A program made the position numbers and the translations under genes. From the NCBI RefSeq assembly GCF_024223415.1, contig NZ_CP100500.1: 64,000 bases of DNA, one strand, 5' to 3'. The first letter of the stretch is position 1. Every line of letters starts with the position of its first letter. This document shows positions 23,512-35,590 of the stretch, piece after piece. A model generated the notes under the pieces. That model saw only the letters and a list, made by a program, of their open reading frames with translations, was not told the origin of the DNA and searched no databases. The stretch is from Escherichia coli. GTDB taxonomy: Bacteria; Pseudomonadota; Gammaproteobacteria; Enterobacterales; Enterobacteriaceae.

Positions 23512-24546
23512 ATGGCTTACTCTGTTCAAAAGTCGCGCCTGGCAAAGGTTGCGGGTGTTTCGCTTGTTTTATTACTCGCTGCCTGTAGTTCTGACTCACG
23601 CTATAAGCGTCAGGTCAGTGGTGATGAAGCCTACCTGGAAGCGGCACCGCTTGCGGAGCTTCATGCCCCGGCTGGAATGATTTTGCCGGTGACCTCCGGT
23701 GATTATGCAATCCCGGTGACCAACGGTAGTGGTGCTGTCGGTAAGGCGCTGGACATTCGTCCACCAGCCCAGCCGCTGGCACTAGTTTCTGGCGCGCGTA
23801 CCCAGTTCACGGGCGATACCGCTTCATTGCTGGTGGAAAATGGTCGTGGCAATACTCTGTGGCCGCAGGTGGTTAGCGTGCTGCAGGCGAAAAACTACAC
23901 CATCACCCAACGTGATGATGCTGGTCAGACACTGACCACCGATTGGGTACAATGGAACCGTCTGGACGAAGACGAGCAGTATCGTGGTCGTTATCAAATC
24001 TCTGTTAAGCCGCAGGGTTATCAGCAGGCGGTTACGGTTAAACTGCTGAACCTGGAACAGGCGGGCAAACCGGTTGCAGACGCGGCTTCCATGCAGCGTT
24101 ACAGCACGGAGATGATGAACGTTATTTCCGCTGGTCTGGATAAATCTGCCACTGACGCCGCGAACGCTGCGCAAAATCGTGCCTCCACCACTATGGACGT
24201 ACAAAGTGCAGCTGATGACACCGGTTTACCAATGCTGGTCGTACGCGGGCCGTTCAATGTGGTTTGGCAACGTCTGCCAGCGGCGCTGGAAAAAGTGGGC
24301 ATGAAAGTGACCGACAGCACCCGTTCGCAGGGCAACATGGCCGTAACTTATAAGCCGCTGTCTGACAGCGACTGGCAGGAACTGGGCGCGAGCGATCCAG
24401 GCCTGGCATCCGGTGACTATAAACTGCAGGTTGGCGATTTAGATAACCGCAGCAGCCTACAGTTCATCGATCCGAAAGGTCATACTCTGACTCAGAGTCA
24501 GAACGACGCGCTGGTAGCTGTCTTCCAGGCTGCGTTTAGCAAGTAA
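23512..24546 (+). CDS. bamC: outer-membrane lipoprotein of the BAM complex
   Basis: 344-aa ORF with lipoprotein signal peptide and LAAC lipobox. Confidence 0.9.
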
Positions 24547-24552
24547 AAATAC

Positions 24553-24580
24553 AGGGCTGGAATCATCCGGCCCTTTTTTC
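24553..24580 (+). terminator. rho-independent terminator after bamC
   Basis: agggctgg...ccggccct stem followed by T6. Confidence 0.6.
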
Positions 24581-24650
24581 TGATATGATACGCAAACGTG
24601 TGCGTCGGCAGGAAAACGCGATTTTAGCGGTAATTCGCACGAAATTTGTT

Positions 24651-24706
<56 letters not shown>

Positions 24707-24758
24707 ACCAGACAGCAAAAGATTTTAAAACGTTAATTCACACCCAGGAGTGATAAAG

Positions 24759-25472
24759 ATGCAAAAGCAAGCTGAGTTGTATCGTGGTAAAGCGAAAACC
24801 GTATACAGCACGGAAAACCCGGACCTGTTGGTGCTCGAATTCCGCAATGATACGTCAGCAGGGGATGGCGCGCGCATTGAGCAGTTTGATCGCAAAGGTA
24901 TGGTGAACAACAAGTTCAACTACTTCATTATGAGCAAACTGGCTGAAGCGGGTATCCCGACTCAAATGGAGCGTCTGCTCTCCGATACCGAATGTCTGGT
25001 GAAAAAGCTGGATATGGTACCGGTTGAGTGTGTCGTGCGTAACCGTGCTGCTGGCTCTCTGGTGAAACGTCTTGGAATCGAAGAAGGTATTGAGCTGAAC
25101 CCGCCGCTGTTCGATCTGTTCCTGAAAAACGACGCCATGCACGATCCGATGGTCAACGAATCTTACTGCGAAACCTTTGGCTGGGTAAGCAAAGAGAACC
25201 TGGCACGCATGAAAGAGCTGACCTACAAAGCGAACGACGTGCTGAAAAAACTGTTCGATGATGCTGGTCTGATTCTGGTCGACTTCAAGCTGGAGTTTGG
25301 TCTGTACAAAGGCGAAGTGGTACTGGGTGATGAGTTCTCCCCGGACGGTAGCCGCCTGTGGGACAAAGAAACGCTGGAGAAAATGGACAAAGACCGTTTC
25401 CGCCAGAGCCTCGGTGGCCTGATCGAGGCCTATGAAGCCGTCGCCCGCCGCCTGGGTGTACAGCTGGACTGA
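24759..25472 (+). CDS. purC: SAICAR synthetase
   Basis: ORF track 24750..25472; likely start [10 protein letters not shown] giving 237 aa. Confidence 0.9.
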
Positions 25473-25493
25473 TTTTTCTGGTTGCTTGTTTAT

Positions 25494-25519
25494 TTAGCCG
25501 GAGGGTACTCCGGCTAAAT
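25494..25519 (+). terminator. perfect 11-bp-stem hairpin after purC (terminator-like, no T-run)
   Basis: tttagccggag-ggta-ctccggctaaa. Confidence 0.45.
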
Positions 25520-25560
25520 GTCTTCGATACCCCCGCTACAATACTTCGCATTATCTCCCT

Positions 25561-25608
25561 TTGACAGGAAAGTAATAACAGGCCAATATGTATATACATG
25601 ACGTATAT
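25561..25608 (+). promoter_or_regulatory. putative vapBC promoter and operator
   Basis: TTGACA at 25561..25566, 17-bp spacer, CAATAT at 25584..25589; perfect 12-bp palindrome ATGTATATACAT at 25588..25599 overlapping the -10 and putative start site; GTATAT repeated again at 25602..25608. Confidence 0.45.
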
Positions 25609-25626
25609 CCCAAAAAAGGGGGGGCT

Positions 25627-25854
25627 ATGGAAACTACTGTATTTTTAAGTAATCGCAGTCAGGCCGTCAGATTACCGAAAGCGGTCGCTCTGCCAGAGGA
25701 TGTTAAGAAAGTAGAAATTATTGCGATTGGTCGTACAAGAATCATCACTCCCGCCGGTGAGTCCTGGGACAGTTGGTTTGATGGCGAAAATGTGAGTGCG
25801 GATTTTATGGATATCCGTGATCAACCCGCAATGCAGGAAAGGGAATCATTCTGA
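25627..25854 (+). CDS. vapB: VapB-type antitoxin (AbrB/SpoVT fold)
   Basis: 75-aa product METTVFLSNRSQAVRLPKAVALPEDVKK... closely resembles VapB/MvpA antitoxins as I recall them; preceded by a G-rich RBS; stop overlaps the toxin start (TGATG). Confidence 0.8.
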   Translation: METTVFLSNRSQAVRLPKAVALPEDVKKVEIIAIGRTRIITPAGESWDSWFDGENVSADFMDIRDQPAMQERESF

Positions 25855-26252
25855 TGCTGAAATTCATGCTGGATACCAATATCTGTATTTTCACTATTAA
25901 GAATAAACCAGTACATGTCAGAGAGCGGTTTAACCTGAATTCTGGCCGGATGTGTATAAGTTCTGTAACATTGATGGAGCTTATCTATGGGGCAGAAAAA
26001 AGTCAGATGCCAGAACGCAATTTGGCGGTGATTGAAGGTTTCGTATCTCGTTTGGAAGTGCTTGATTATGATAGTGCTGCTGCGACGCATACTGGGCAAA
26101 TCAGGGCCGAGCTTGCCCGGCAGGGAAGGCCTGTTGGACCTTTTGACCAGATGATAGCGGGACATGCTCGCAGTCGCGGTTTGATTGTGGTTACCAACAA
26201 TACCCGAGAGTTTGAGCGAGTGGCGGGAATCAGACTAGAAGATTGGAGCTAA
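25854..26252 (+). CDS. vapC: VapC-type PIN-domain toxin (tRNA endonuclease family)
   Basis: 132-aa product MLKFMLDTNICIFTIK... with PIN-domain acidic residues; 1-nt overlap with vapB. Confidence 0.8.
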   Translation: MLKFMLDTNICIFTIKNKPVHVRERFNLNSGRMCISSVTLMELIYGAEKSQMPERNLAVIEGFVSRLEVLDYDSAAATHTGQIRAELARQGRPVGPFDQMIAGHARSRGLIVVTNNTREFERVAGIRLEDWS

Positions 26253-26398
26253 CATTCTCTTTTACTTCTAACATTCGTAAATTATATAACGTGGCATGAA
26301 GCCTTAATTCCTCCGCCATTTCATCCCGTTTTCCTGTGGTAATCTTCCTCTGAACCACCTACGATCATTTCTATAATGAATATATTGTTGAGGTATCT

Positions 26399-27262
26399 AT
26401 GCGTTGGCAAGGGCGACGTGAAAGTGACAATGTTGAAGACAGGCGCAATAGCTCCGGCGGTCCGTCAATGGGCGGTCCCGGTTTCCGTCTGCCGAGCGGT
26501 AAAGGCGGGCTGATTTTACTGATAGTCGTGCTGGTTGCAGGCTACTATGGCGTTGATTTAACCGGGTTGATGACCGGGCAGCCGGTTTCTCAACAGCAAT
26601 CAACGCGGTCAATTAGCCCAAATGAAGACGAAGCCGCAAAATTCACCTCGGTGATTCTGGCAACCACGGAAGACACCTGGGGACAACAGTTCGAGAAGAT
26701 GGGTAAGACCTATCAGCAACCGAAGCTGGTCATGTACCGTGGAATGACGCGTACCGGATGCGGGGCGGGCCAGTCCATAATGGGGCCGTTCTATTGCCCG
26801 GCGGATGGCACGGTTTATATCGATCTCTCCTTCTATGATGACATGAAAGACAAACTTGGCGCGGATGGCGATTTTGCCCAAGGGTACGTTATCGCCCATG
26901 AAGTCGGTCATCATGTGCAGAAACTGTTAGGCATCGAGCCGAAAGTTCGTCAACTGCAACAAAACGCGACGCAGGCGGAAGTGAACCGCTTATCTGTGCG
27001 TATGGAACTCCAGGCCGACTGTTTTGCCGGTGTCTGGGGGCATAGTATGCAGCAGCAAGGCGTTCTGGAAACCGGCGATCTGGAAGAGGCGCTGAACGCT
27101 GCGCAGGCCATCGGCGATGACCGTTTACAACAGCAAAGTCAGGGGCGAGTAGTACCAGACAGTTTCACTCATGGCACTTCTCAGCAACGCTACAGCTGGT
27201 TTAAACGTGGTTTCGACAGCGGCGATCCGGCACAATGCAATACTTTTGGTAAAAGCATTTAA
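26399..27262 (+). CDS. ypfJ: putative zinc metalloprotease
   Basis: 287-aa ORF with N-terminal TM segment and HEVGHH motif. Confidence 0.8.
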
Positions 27263-27276
27263 CTTCCGGGGCAGGG

Positions 27277-29292
27277 ATGGCTGAACTGACTGCGCTTCAC
27301 ACATTAACAGCGCAAATGAAACGTGAAGGGATCCGCCGCTTGCTGGTGTTGAGCGGGGAAGAGGGTTGGTGTTTTGATCATGCGCTTAAGTTACGTGATG
27401 CCTTATCTGGCGACTGGCTGTGGATTTCGCCGCAGCCAGATGCTGAAAACCACTGTTCTCCCTCGGCACTACAAACTTTACTTGGGCGCGAGTTCCGGCA
27501 TGCGGTATTCGACGCCCGCCACGGCTTTGATGCCGCTGCCTTTGCCGCACTTAGCGGAACGTTGAAAGCGGGAAGCTGGCTGGTTTTGTTACTCCCTGTA
27601 TGGGAAGAGTGGGAAAACCAACCTGATGCCGACTCGCTGCGCTGGAGTGATTGCCCTGACCCTATTGCGACGCCGCATTTTGTCCAGCATTTCAAACGCG
27701 TACTTACGGCGGATAACGACGCTATCCTCTGGCGGCAAAACCAGCCGTTCTCGTTGGCGCATTTTACTCCCCGTACTGACTGGCACCCCGCGACCGGCGC
27801 ACCACAACCAGAACAACAGCAACTCTTACAGCAGCTACTGACCATGCCGTCGGGCGTGGCAGCGGTAACTGCTGCGCGTGGGCGCGGTAAATCGGCGCTG
27901 GCAGGGCAACTCATTTCTCGTATTGCGGGTAGTGCGATTGTCACTGCGCCCGCAAAAGCGGCAACGGATGTACTGGCACAATTTGCGGGCGAGAAGTTTC
28001 GCTTTATTGCGCCGGATGCCTTGTTAGCCAGCGATGAGCAAGCCGACTGGCTGGTGGTCGATGAAGCCGCAGCCATACCTGCGCCGTTGTTGCATCAACT
28101 GGTATCGCGTTTTCCTCGAACGTTGTTAACCACTACGGTGCAGGGCTACGAAGGCACCGGACGTGGTTTTTTGCTGAAATTTTGCGCTCGCTTTCCGCAT
28201 TTACACCGTTTTGAACTGCAACAGCCGATCCGCTGGGCACAGGGATGCCCGCTGGAAAAAATGGTTAGTAATGCACTGGTTTTTGACGATGAAAACTTCA
28301 CCCATACACCACAAGGCAATATTGTCATTTCCGCATTTGAACAGACGTTATGGCGAATCGAGCCAGAAACGCCGTTAAAGGTTTATCAGTTATTGTCTGG
28401 TGCGCACTACCGGACTTCGCCGCTGGATTTACGCCGCATGATGGATGCACCAGGGCAACATTTTTTACAGGCGGCTGGCGAAAACGAGATTGCCGGAGCG
28501 CTGTGGCTGGTGGATGAGGGTGGATTATCTCAAGAACTCAGTCAGGCGGTATGGGCAGGTTTTCGTCGCCCGCGGGGTAATCTGGTGGCCCAGTCGCTGG
28601 CGGCGCACGGCAGCAATCCACTGGCGGCGACATTGCGTGGACGGCGGGTCAGCCGGATAGCAGTTCATCCGGCTCGTCAGCGGGAAGGCACAGGGCGGCA
28701 ACTTATTGCTGGTGCTTTGCAATATACGCAAGACCTCGACTATCTTTCGGTAAGTTTTGGTTACACCGGGGAGTTATGGCGTTTCTGGCAACGCTGCGGT
28801 TTTGTGCTGGTGCGAATGGGTAATCATCGTGAAGCCAGCAGCGGTTGCTATACGGCGATGGCGCTGTTACCGATGAGTGATGCGGGTAAACAGCTGGCTG
28901 AACGTGAGCATTACCGTTTACGTCGCGATGCGCAAGCTCTCGCGCAGTGGAATGGCGAAACACTCCCTGTTGATCCACTAAACAATGCCGTCCTTTCTGA
29001 CGACGACTGGCTTGAACTGGCCGGTTTTGCTTTCGCTCATCGTCCGCTATTAACGTCGTTAGGTTGCTTATTGCGTCTGCTACAAACCAGTGAACTGGCA
29101 TTACCGGCGCTGCGTGGGCGTTTACAGAAAAACGTCAGCGACGCGCAGTTATGTACCACACTTAAACTTTCAGGCCGCAAGATGTTACTGGTCCGTCAGC
29201 GGGAAGAGGCCGCGCATGCGCTGTTCGCACTTAATGATGTTCGCACTGAGCGTCTGCGCGATCGCATAACGCAATGGCAATTTTTTCACTGA
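27277..29292 (+). CDS. tmcA: tRNA(Met) cytidine acetyltransferase
   Basis: 671-aa ORF with helicase-like ATP-binding motif (GRGKSAL) and GNAT-type C-terminal region. Confidence 0.85.
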   Translation: MAELTALHTLTAQMKREGIRRLLVLSGEEGWCFDHALKLRDALSGDWLWISPQPDAENHCSPSALQTLLGREFRHAVFDARHGFDAAAFAALSGTLKAGSWLVLLLPVWEEWENQPDADSLRWSDCPDPIATPHFVQHFKRVLTADNDAILWRQNQPFSLAHFTPRTDWHPATGAPQPEQQQLLQQLLTMPSGVAAVTAARGRGKSALAGQLISRIAGSAIVTAPAKAATDVLAQFAGEKFRFIAPDALLASDEQADWLVVDEAAAIPAPLLHQLVSRFPRTLLTTTVQGYEGTGRGFLLKFCARFPHLHRFELQQPIRWAQGCPLEKMVSNALVFDDENFTHTPQGNIVISAFEQTLWRIEPETPLKVYQLLSGAHYRTSPLDLRRMMDAPGQHFLQAAGENEIAGALWLVDEGGLSQELSQAVWAGFRRPRGNLVAQSLAAHGSNPLAATLRGRRVSRIAVHPARQREGTGRQLIAGALQYTQDLDYLSVSFGYTGELWRFWQRCGFVLVRMGNHREASSGCYTAMALLPMSDAGKQLAEREHYRLRRDAQALAQWNGETLPVDPLNNAVLSDDDWLELAGFAFAHRPLLTSLGCLLRLLQTSELALPALRGRLQKNVSDAQLCTTLKLSGRKMLLVRQREEAAHALFALNDVRTERLRDRITQWQFFH

Positions 29293-29365
29293 CTCCTTCA
29301 ATTTTCTCCCATGGTCATTGTGAGTCAGCGGCGTAAAATTAATGACATCAGTTAAGGAGTTCGCC

Positions 29366-30064
29366 ATGAAACATGACCATTTTGTTGTTCAAAGCCCGGA
29401 TAAACCTGCGCAACAGTTGTTACTGCTTTTCCACGGTGTCGGGGATAACCCGGTGGCAATGGGGGAAATAGGCAGCTGGTTTGCACCGCTGTTTCCTGAT
29501 GCGCTGGTGGTGAGTGTCGGTGGCGCGGAGCCGAGCGGTAATCCGGCGGGGCGTCAGTGGTTTTCAGTGCAGGGTATTACGGAAGATAATCGCCAGGCGC
29601 GTGTGGATGCGATCATGCCGACGTTTATTGAAACGGTGCGCTACTGGCAGAAACAGAGCGGAGTAGGGGCTAACGCCACGGCGCTAATCGGTTTCTCTCA
29701 AGGCGCGATTATGGCGCTGGAGAGCATTAAAGCCGAACCGGGCCTTGCTTCGCGCGTCATTGCCTTTAACGGACGCTATGCGAGCCTGCCGGAAACCGCG
29801 TCTACAGCAACGACAATTCACCTGATTCATGGCGGTGAAGATCCGGTTATCGATCTGGCGCATGCGGTTGCGGCGCAGGAAGCGTTAATTAGTGCCGGTG
29901 GTGACGTGACGCTGGATATCGTGGAGGATTTAGGCCATGCGATCGACAATCGCAGTATGCAATTTGCCCTGGATCACTTGCGTTATACCATTCCGAAACA
30001 TTATTTCGACGAAGCGCTAAGCGGCGGTAAGCCTGGCGATGATGATGTGATTGAAATGATGTAA
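29366..30064 (+). CDS. ypfH: alpha/beta-hydrolase esterase
   Basis: ORF track 29342..30064; likely start MKHDHFVVQS giving 232 aa; GFSQG nucleophile elbow. Confidence 0.8.
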   Translation: MKHDHFVVQSPDKPAQQLLLLFHGVGDNPVAMGEIGSWFAPLFPDALVVSVGGAEPSGNPAGRQWFSVQGITEDNRQARVDAIMPTFIETVRYWQKQSGVGANATALIGFSQGAIMALESIKAEPGLASRVIAFNGRYASLPETASTATTIHLIHGGEDPVIDLAHAVAAQEALISAGGDVTLDIVEDLGHAIDNRSMQFALDHLRYTIPKHYFDEALSGGKPGDDDVIEMM

Positions 30065-30068
30065 TAAT

Positions 30069-30138
30069 AGCCGGGTAGGCCTGATAAGACCGTATCAGGC
30101 ATCATGGCCGGATGCGGCGTGAACGCCTTATCCGGCCA
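30069..30138. repeat. BIME with two REP/PU elements
   Basis: taggcctgataagac... and gccggatgcggcgtgaacgccttatccggcc. Confidence 0.75.
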
Positions 30139-30144
30139 CTCAGC

Positions 30145-30345
30145 TTACTTCTTCGGTTGATCCTTTTTCGGCCAGTCGTCGTCATCGTCCCACTTATCGT
30201 TGAAATCACGATGCGGGGGAAGCTCCGGCTTGTTGGCGAGAAATTTCTTATGGTAGACGCGCTTGAGATCTTTAATCACGTTCAGCAGGACGCCTACCAA
30301 AAAGACAATCACCAGAATCCACCAATATTTAGCCAGCCAGTCCAT
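30145..30345 (-). CDS. ypfN: small membrane protein (UPF0370)
   Basis: ORF track 30145..30369; likely start [11 protein letters not shown] giving 66 aa with one TM helix and an acidic tail. Confidence 0.7.
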   Translation of the reverse strand: MDWLAKYWWILVIVFLVGVLLNVIKDLKRVYHKKFLANKPELPPHRDFNDKWDDDDDWPKKDQPKK

Positions 30346-30372
30346 GCTTATTTCCTCTTGCAGAACCACTCA

Positions 30373-31500
30373 TCACGCGACGAGCTGTTCCATGATACGT
30401 TGATACATACGGGCAAGTAGCTGCAGGTCGGCAGCGTTCACACATTCATTAATTTTATGAATAGTGGCATTGACCGGCCCGAGTTCCACCACCTGCGCCC
30501 CCATGCGGGCAATAAAGCGCCCGTCGGACGTTCCGCCTGTGGTCAGTAGCTGCGGTTTAATTTCATTATAGTGCTCAACCGCGTTAACGACTGCATCCAC
30601 CAGTTTACCGCGCGCGGTCAAAAATGGCTGCCCGGAAAGCCACCAGTCCACCGTATAACGCAGTTGATGTTTTTCAAGCAGGGCAAGCACCTGTGCTTTG
30701 ATCATCTCATCAGTCAGTTCGGTACTGAAGCGGAAGTTAAACTGCACAAACAGTTCACCCGGAATAACGTTGTTACTGCCCGTTCCCGCCTGAATATTGG
30801 CAATCTGCATACTGGTCGCCGGGAAGAATTCATTGCCCTGATCCCACTCAATAGCCACTAATTCATTAAGGAAAGGTGCTGCGCGATGTACCGGATTGTC
30901 AGCCAGATGTGGGTAGGCCACATGCCCCTGAACGCCATGAATGGTTAGGTTGCAGGTTAACGATCCGCGACGACCATTTTTCACCACATCACCAACCACT
31001 TCGATACTCGACGGTTCGCCGACCAGGCAGTAATCGAGACGCTCATTACGCGCCATTAACGCTTCGACGACTTTTACCGTACCGTTGTGGGCACTAGCTT
31101 CTTCATCAGAGGTGATCAGAAATGCCAGTCGCCCCGTATGGTTGGGATGTTGTGCGACAAAACGTTCTGCTGCTACCACCATTGCCGCCAGCGAGCCTTT
31201 CATATCTGCCGCACCGCGCCCGAATAACATGCCGTCACGAATGGTCGGTTCAAACGGCGGATTGATCCAACGGTCGGCGTCGCCAGGCGGCACCACGTCG
31301 GTATGCCCGGCAAAGGCCAACGTTTCACCTTGCCCACGCCATGCCCAAAAATTCTGCGTATCGGCAAAATCCATGCGTTCAACGGTAAAACCGATCGCCT
31401 GCAAACGTTCAATCAACAAAGCCTGGCATCCTGCGTCATCAGGACTCAGGGAAGGGCGGCGAATAAGCTGTTGTGTCAGCTCAATAACCGGGCACGACAT
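30373..31500 (-). CDS. dapE: succinyl-diaminopimelate desuccinylase
   Basis: 375-aa M20 peptidase-family ORF. Confidence 0.9.
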
Positions 31501-31503
31501 AGA

Positions 31504-31878
<375 letters not shown>

Positions 31879-32240
31879 TTATGAGAATAAATACTCATTT
31901 AAGAGTGAAAACATTTTGCCTGCAAATGATTATCAGGAAATATAACATTATCGAAGTATTCAAATTAACAACTATTAAATAATATTAAACATTTTTAACG
32001 TAAACATTAAGAATATTCATCTTGTTATCTGTCTGTATTTTAACCAGAATTAAATCAGTATTAGATGCCGTATGAATATCTCGAAATGTTGCTGTGTATC
32101 ACATACAAATCATCACCGCAGGACCATAGTATTTACATAAGGTTTGTCCCCCGGAGGTAGTCATCGCAGCAATCGAGTAAATTAGCTTCACCACGGTATA
32201 TTGTTTCCGTAGAATACCCATAATTATAAGAGAGGTTGTT

Positions 32241-32300
32241 ATGATTGAACGTGAACTGGGGAACTGGAAAGACTTTATCGAAGTTATGCTTCGTAAGTAA
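32241..32300 (+). CDS. ypfM: 19-aa small protein
   Basis: ATG preceded by AGAGAGG RBS; encodes MIERELGNWKDFIEVMLRK, which matches the small protein YpfM as I recall it. Confidence 0.6.
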   Translation: MIERELGNWKDFIEVMLRK

Positions 32301-32360
32301 TTCCTGAGACAAAGTACAAACAGCAAGAACCCGCTGAGCAGGTTCTTAATCGGAAAGTTG

Positions 32361-32395
32361 AAAAAGGCGACACATTAGCATGTCGCCTTTTTTAT
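32361..32395. terminator. bidirectional hairpin terminator between ypfM and acrD
   Basis: A5-ggcgaca-loop-tgtcgcc-T7. Confidence 0.65.
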
Positions 32396-32398
32396 TGC

Positions 32399-35300
32399 TT
32401 ATTCCGGGCGCGGCTTCAGCGGGAAGCGGCGGCGCACCAGCACAAAGAACAGCGGCACGAAGTAAATAGCCAGAATAGTAGCTGAAATCATCCCGCCCAT
32501 TACGCCAGTACCCACCGCATGCTGACCACCGGAACCGGCACCCGTGCTGGTTGCCATTGGCAATACGCCGAAGATAAATGCCAGCGAGGTCATCAGAATC
32601 GGGCGTAAACGCTGACGGCAGGCGTGGAGCGTTGCTTCAAACAGGTCGTGGCCTTTTTGGTTCATCTCGTTAGCAAACTCGACGATCAGGATGGCGTTTT
32701 TCGCCGATAAACCAATGACCGTTAACAGGCCCACCTGGAAGTAAACGTCGTTTTCCAGCCCGCGCATCCAGGTTGCCAGCAGCGCGCCGATTACCCCCAG
32801 CGGCACGACCAGCATTACCGAGAACGGTACCGACCAGCTTTCATACAATGCAGCCAGACACAGGAATACCACCAGCAAGGAAATGGCGTACAGCGCCGGA
32901 GCCTGCGCGCCGGAAAGCCGCTCCTGATACGACATCGCCGTCCACTCCAGACCAAAGCCGTTTGGCAGCTGCTTCACTAACGATTCCATAATATCCATCG
33001 CCGTACCGGTACTGACCCCCGGTGCGGCTTCCCCAACAATTTCAACCGCAGAATAACCGTTATAGCGTTCCAGACGCGGCGAGCCTGTCTCCCAGCGTGA
33101 GGTCGCGAAAGCAGAGAAGGGCACCATGCCGCCATCTTTATTTCGGACATACCAGAGATTGATGTCATCTGGCAGCATGCGATACGGCGCAGCTGCCTGC
33201 ACATAGACTTTCTTCACGCGACCGCGATCCATAAAGTCATTCACATAGCTCGAACCCCAGGCGGTTTGCAGTGTGTCGTTAATATCGTCGATAGCAACGC
33301 CCAGCGCCTGAGCTTTACGCTGGTCGATATCAATCTGCAACTGCGGACTGTCGTCGAGGCCGTTATGGCGCACACGGGTTAGCTCCGGGTTTTCCGCCGC
33401 CAGCGCCAGCAACTGGTTACGTGCTGCCATCAGCGCATCGTGACCTGCTCCAGCGTGGTCCTGCAACTCCATATCAAAACCCGCAGAACTACCAAGACCG
33501 CTAATTGCTGGCGGGCTGCTGGCGATAACGCGAGCTTCTTTAATCTTGTTAAACGCCTTCGTTGCACGCTCGATAATGGCAAATGAGGTGCCGGTCTTAC
33601 TGTCGCGTTCGCTCCAGTCTTTCAGGCGGATAAACATTCGCGCCACGTTTTGCCCGTTACCCCCAGGGCCAGAACCAACAGTGGCAAACACCGACATGAT
33701 GTTGTCTTTTTCATGGGTGAAGTAATATTTCTCGATTTGCTCAACGACTTTCAGGGTCTGTTGTTGGGTTGAACCGCTGGGCAATTGTACCGAGGTAGTA
33801 AACATGCCACGGTCTTCCAGCGGTAAGAACGACGTCGGTAAACGCAGGAACAGGAACACCATGCCGCCAAGCAGCAGGACATAAATCACAATCCAGCGCA
33901 GGCTGCGGTGGAGAATTTTCGCCACCCCTTTTTCGTAGCGTTCGGCGTTGCGGTTAAACATCTGGTTAAACCAGGCAAAAAAGCCTTTTTGCCCGTGATG
34001 CTCACCTTTTTTCAGTGGCTTAAGTAGTGTGGCACACAGAGCCGGAGTGAGGATCATCGCTACCAGTACTGACAGCACCATCGCCGCAACAATGGTAATA
34101 GAGAACTGGCGATAGATGGCACCGGTGGTGCCGCCGAAGAAGGCCATTGGTACAAATACCGCCGAAAGCACCATCGCAATCCCGACCAGTGCCCCCTGGA
34201 TCTGCCCCATCGATTTACGTGTGGCTTCGCGAGGACTGAGTCCTTCCTCACTCATAATACGTTCGACGTTTTCCACCACCACGATGGCGTCATCCACCAG
34301 CAGACCGATCGCCAGCACCATCGCGAACATGGTTAAGGTGTTGACGCTGTAACCGAAGGCGTAAAGTACGGAGAAGGTTCCCATCAACACCACCGGCACG
34401 GCGATAGTGGGTATCAGCGTGGCGCGGAAGTTTTGCAGGAACAGATACATAACGAGGAAAACCAGAGCGATAGCTTCCAGCAGCGTTTTCACCACGTCTT
34501 CAATGGAGGCTTTAACAAACGAGGTGGTTTCATACGCCACCTTGTATTCCAGTCCATGCGGGAAATACTGCGCCAGCTCGTCGAGACGATTGAGCACCAG
34601 CTCCGCTGTCGCCATTTCGTTAGCGCCGGAGGCCAGTTTTACCCCCAGCCCGGAGGCTGGCTTACCATTGAAGCGGCTAAGATAATCGTATTTCTCCGCC
34701 CCCATTTCGACGGTGGCGACATCGCCCAGCCTTACCTCTGAGCCGTCCTGATTCACCCGCAAGGTGATATCGCGGAACTGTTCTGGTGTTTGCAGCAGTG
34801 ACTGGGCGTTAATGGTGGCGTTGAGCGCCTGCTTATCGACGGAAGGTGTACCACCAAGTTGCCCAACCGCAATCTGCGCGTTCTGTGACTCAATGGCATC
34901 AGTGACATCTTTAGCCGTCATCTGGAAACTGTTGAGTTTCGCCGGGTCCAGCCAGATACGCATGGAATATTGCGAACCATAGGCATCGATATCCCCGACG
35001 CCATTCACGCGGCTTAACGGGTCCTGAATATTACTGGCAACATAATCGGCAATATCCTGTTTATCCATCGAACCATCGGTAGAGACGAAAGCAATGGTCA
35101 GAATATTGGTATCGCCGGTTTTACGCACCGTCACGCCCTGATTTTGCACCGCCTGCGGTAACTTTCGCATGGCTGATTGCAGCTGGTTTTGTACTTGCTG
35201 CACGGCTTCGTCCGGATCGGTGCCTGCTTTAAAACTTAAAGTGACAGATGCCTGACCGGTGCCACTGCTCTGAGATGACATATACATGAGATTATCGAGG

Positions 35301-35512
35301 CCGGTCATATTTTGCTCGATAACCTGGGTCACGGTGTTTTCCAGCGTCTGGGCCGATGCGCCGGGATAGTTAGCGGTCACTCGCACATTCGGTGGCGCGA
35401 GATCGGGGTATTGTTCAACGGGCAATGAAAAAATCGCCAGGGTACCTGTCAGACACAACAGGATTGCCAGCACCCAGGCAAAAATGGGGCGATCAATAAA
35501 GAAATTCGCCAT
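32399..35512 (-). CDS. acrD: RND multidrug efflux pump (aminoglycoside efflux)
   Basis: 1037-aa RND transporter [22 protein letters not shown]... Confidence 0.9.
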   Translation of the reverse strand: MANFFIDRPIFAWVLAILLCLTGTLAIFSLPVEQYPDLAPPNVRVTANYPGASAQTLENTVTQVIEQNMTGLDNLMYMSSQSSGTGQASVTLSFKAGTDPDEAVQQVQNQLQSAMRKLPQAVQNQGVTVRKTGDTNILTIAFVSTDGSMDKQDIADYVASNIQDPLSRVNGVGDIDAYGSQYSMRIWLDPAKLNSFQMTAKDVTDAIESQNAQIAVGQLGGTPSVDKQALNATINAQSLLQTPEQFRDITLRVNQDGSEVRLGDVATVEMGAEKYDYLSRFNGKPASGLGVKLASGANEMATAELVLNRLDELAQYFPHGLEYKVAYETTSFVKASIEDVVKTLLEAIALVFLVMYLFLQNFRATLIPTIAVPVVLMGTFSVLYAFGYSVNTLTMFAMVLAIGLLVDDAIVVVENVERIMSEEGLSPREATRKSMGQIQGALVGIAMVLSAVFVPMAFFGGTTGAIYRQFSITIVAAMVLSVLVAMILTPALCATLLKPLKKGEHHGQKGFFAWFNQMFNRNAERYEKGVAKILHRSLRWIVIYVLLLGGMVFLFLRLPTSFLPLEDRGMFTTSVQLPSGSTQQQTLKVVEQIEKYYFTHEKDNIMSVFATVGSGPGGNGQNVARMFIRLKDWSERDSKTGTSFAIIERATKAFNKIKEARVIASSPPAISGLGSSAGFDMELQDHAGAGHDALMAARNQLLALAAENPELTRVRHNGLDDSPQLQIDIDQRKAQALGVAIDDINDTLQTAWGSSYVNDFMDRGRVKKVYVQAAAPYRMLPDDINLWYVRNKDGGMVPFSAFATSRWETGSPRLERYNGYSAVEIVGEAAPGVSTGTAMDIMESLVKQLPNGFGLEWTAMSYQERLSGAQAPALYAISLLVVFLCLAALYESWSVPFSVMLVVPLGVIGALLATWMRGLENDVYFQVGLLTVIGLSAKNAILIVEFANEMNQKGHDLFEATLHACRQRLRPILMTSLAFIFGVLPMATSTGAGSGGQHAVGTGVMGGMISATILAIYFVPLFFVLVRRRFPLKPRPE

Positions 35513-35572
35513 TAAAAGAGGACCTCGTGTTTCTGCGTATCGTTGTAGGCTTGACTTGCTTCACTGTAGCGG

Positions 35573-35590
35573 CAAGGTACGAGCCAATCG
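35573..35590 (-). promoter_or_regulatory. putative BaeR-binding box upstream of acrD
   Basis: minus-strand sequence TTTTTCTCCACGATTGGC, one mismatch from the BaeR consensus TTTTTCTCCATDATTGGC as I recall it; about 60-80 bp upstream of the acrD start. Confidence 0.45.

Noticed and set aside
25588-25626. Upstream in-frame ATG as the vapB start (88-aa version)
   Set aside because: That ATG lies inside the palindromic operator and -10 region and has no RBS, whereas the ATG at 25627 is preceded by a G-rich Shine-Dalgarno and matches the usual VapB N-terminus.
27378-28076. 232-aa minus-strand ORF
   Set aside because: Antisense to tmcA; Ser/Ala/Cys-rich low-complexity translation; spurious.
32099-32326. 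75-aa minus-strand ORF in the yffB-acrD AT-rich region
   Set aside because: Overlaps ypfM antisense, has no RBS and an AT-biased composition; probably non-coding.
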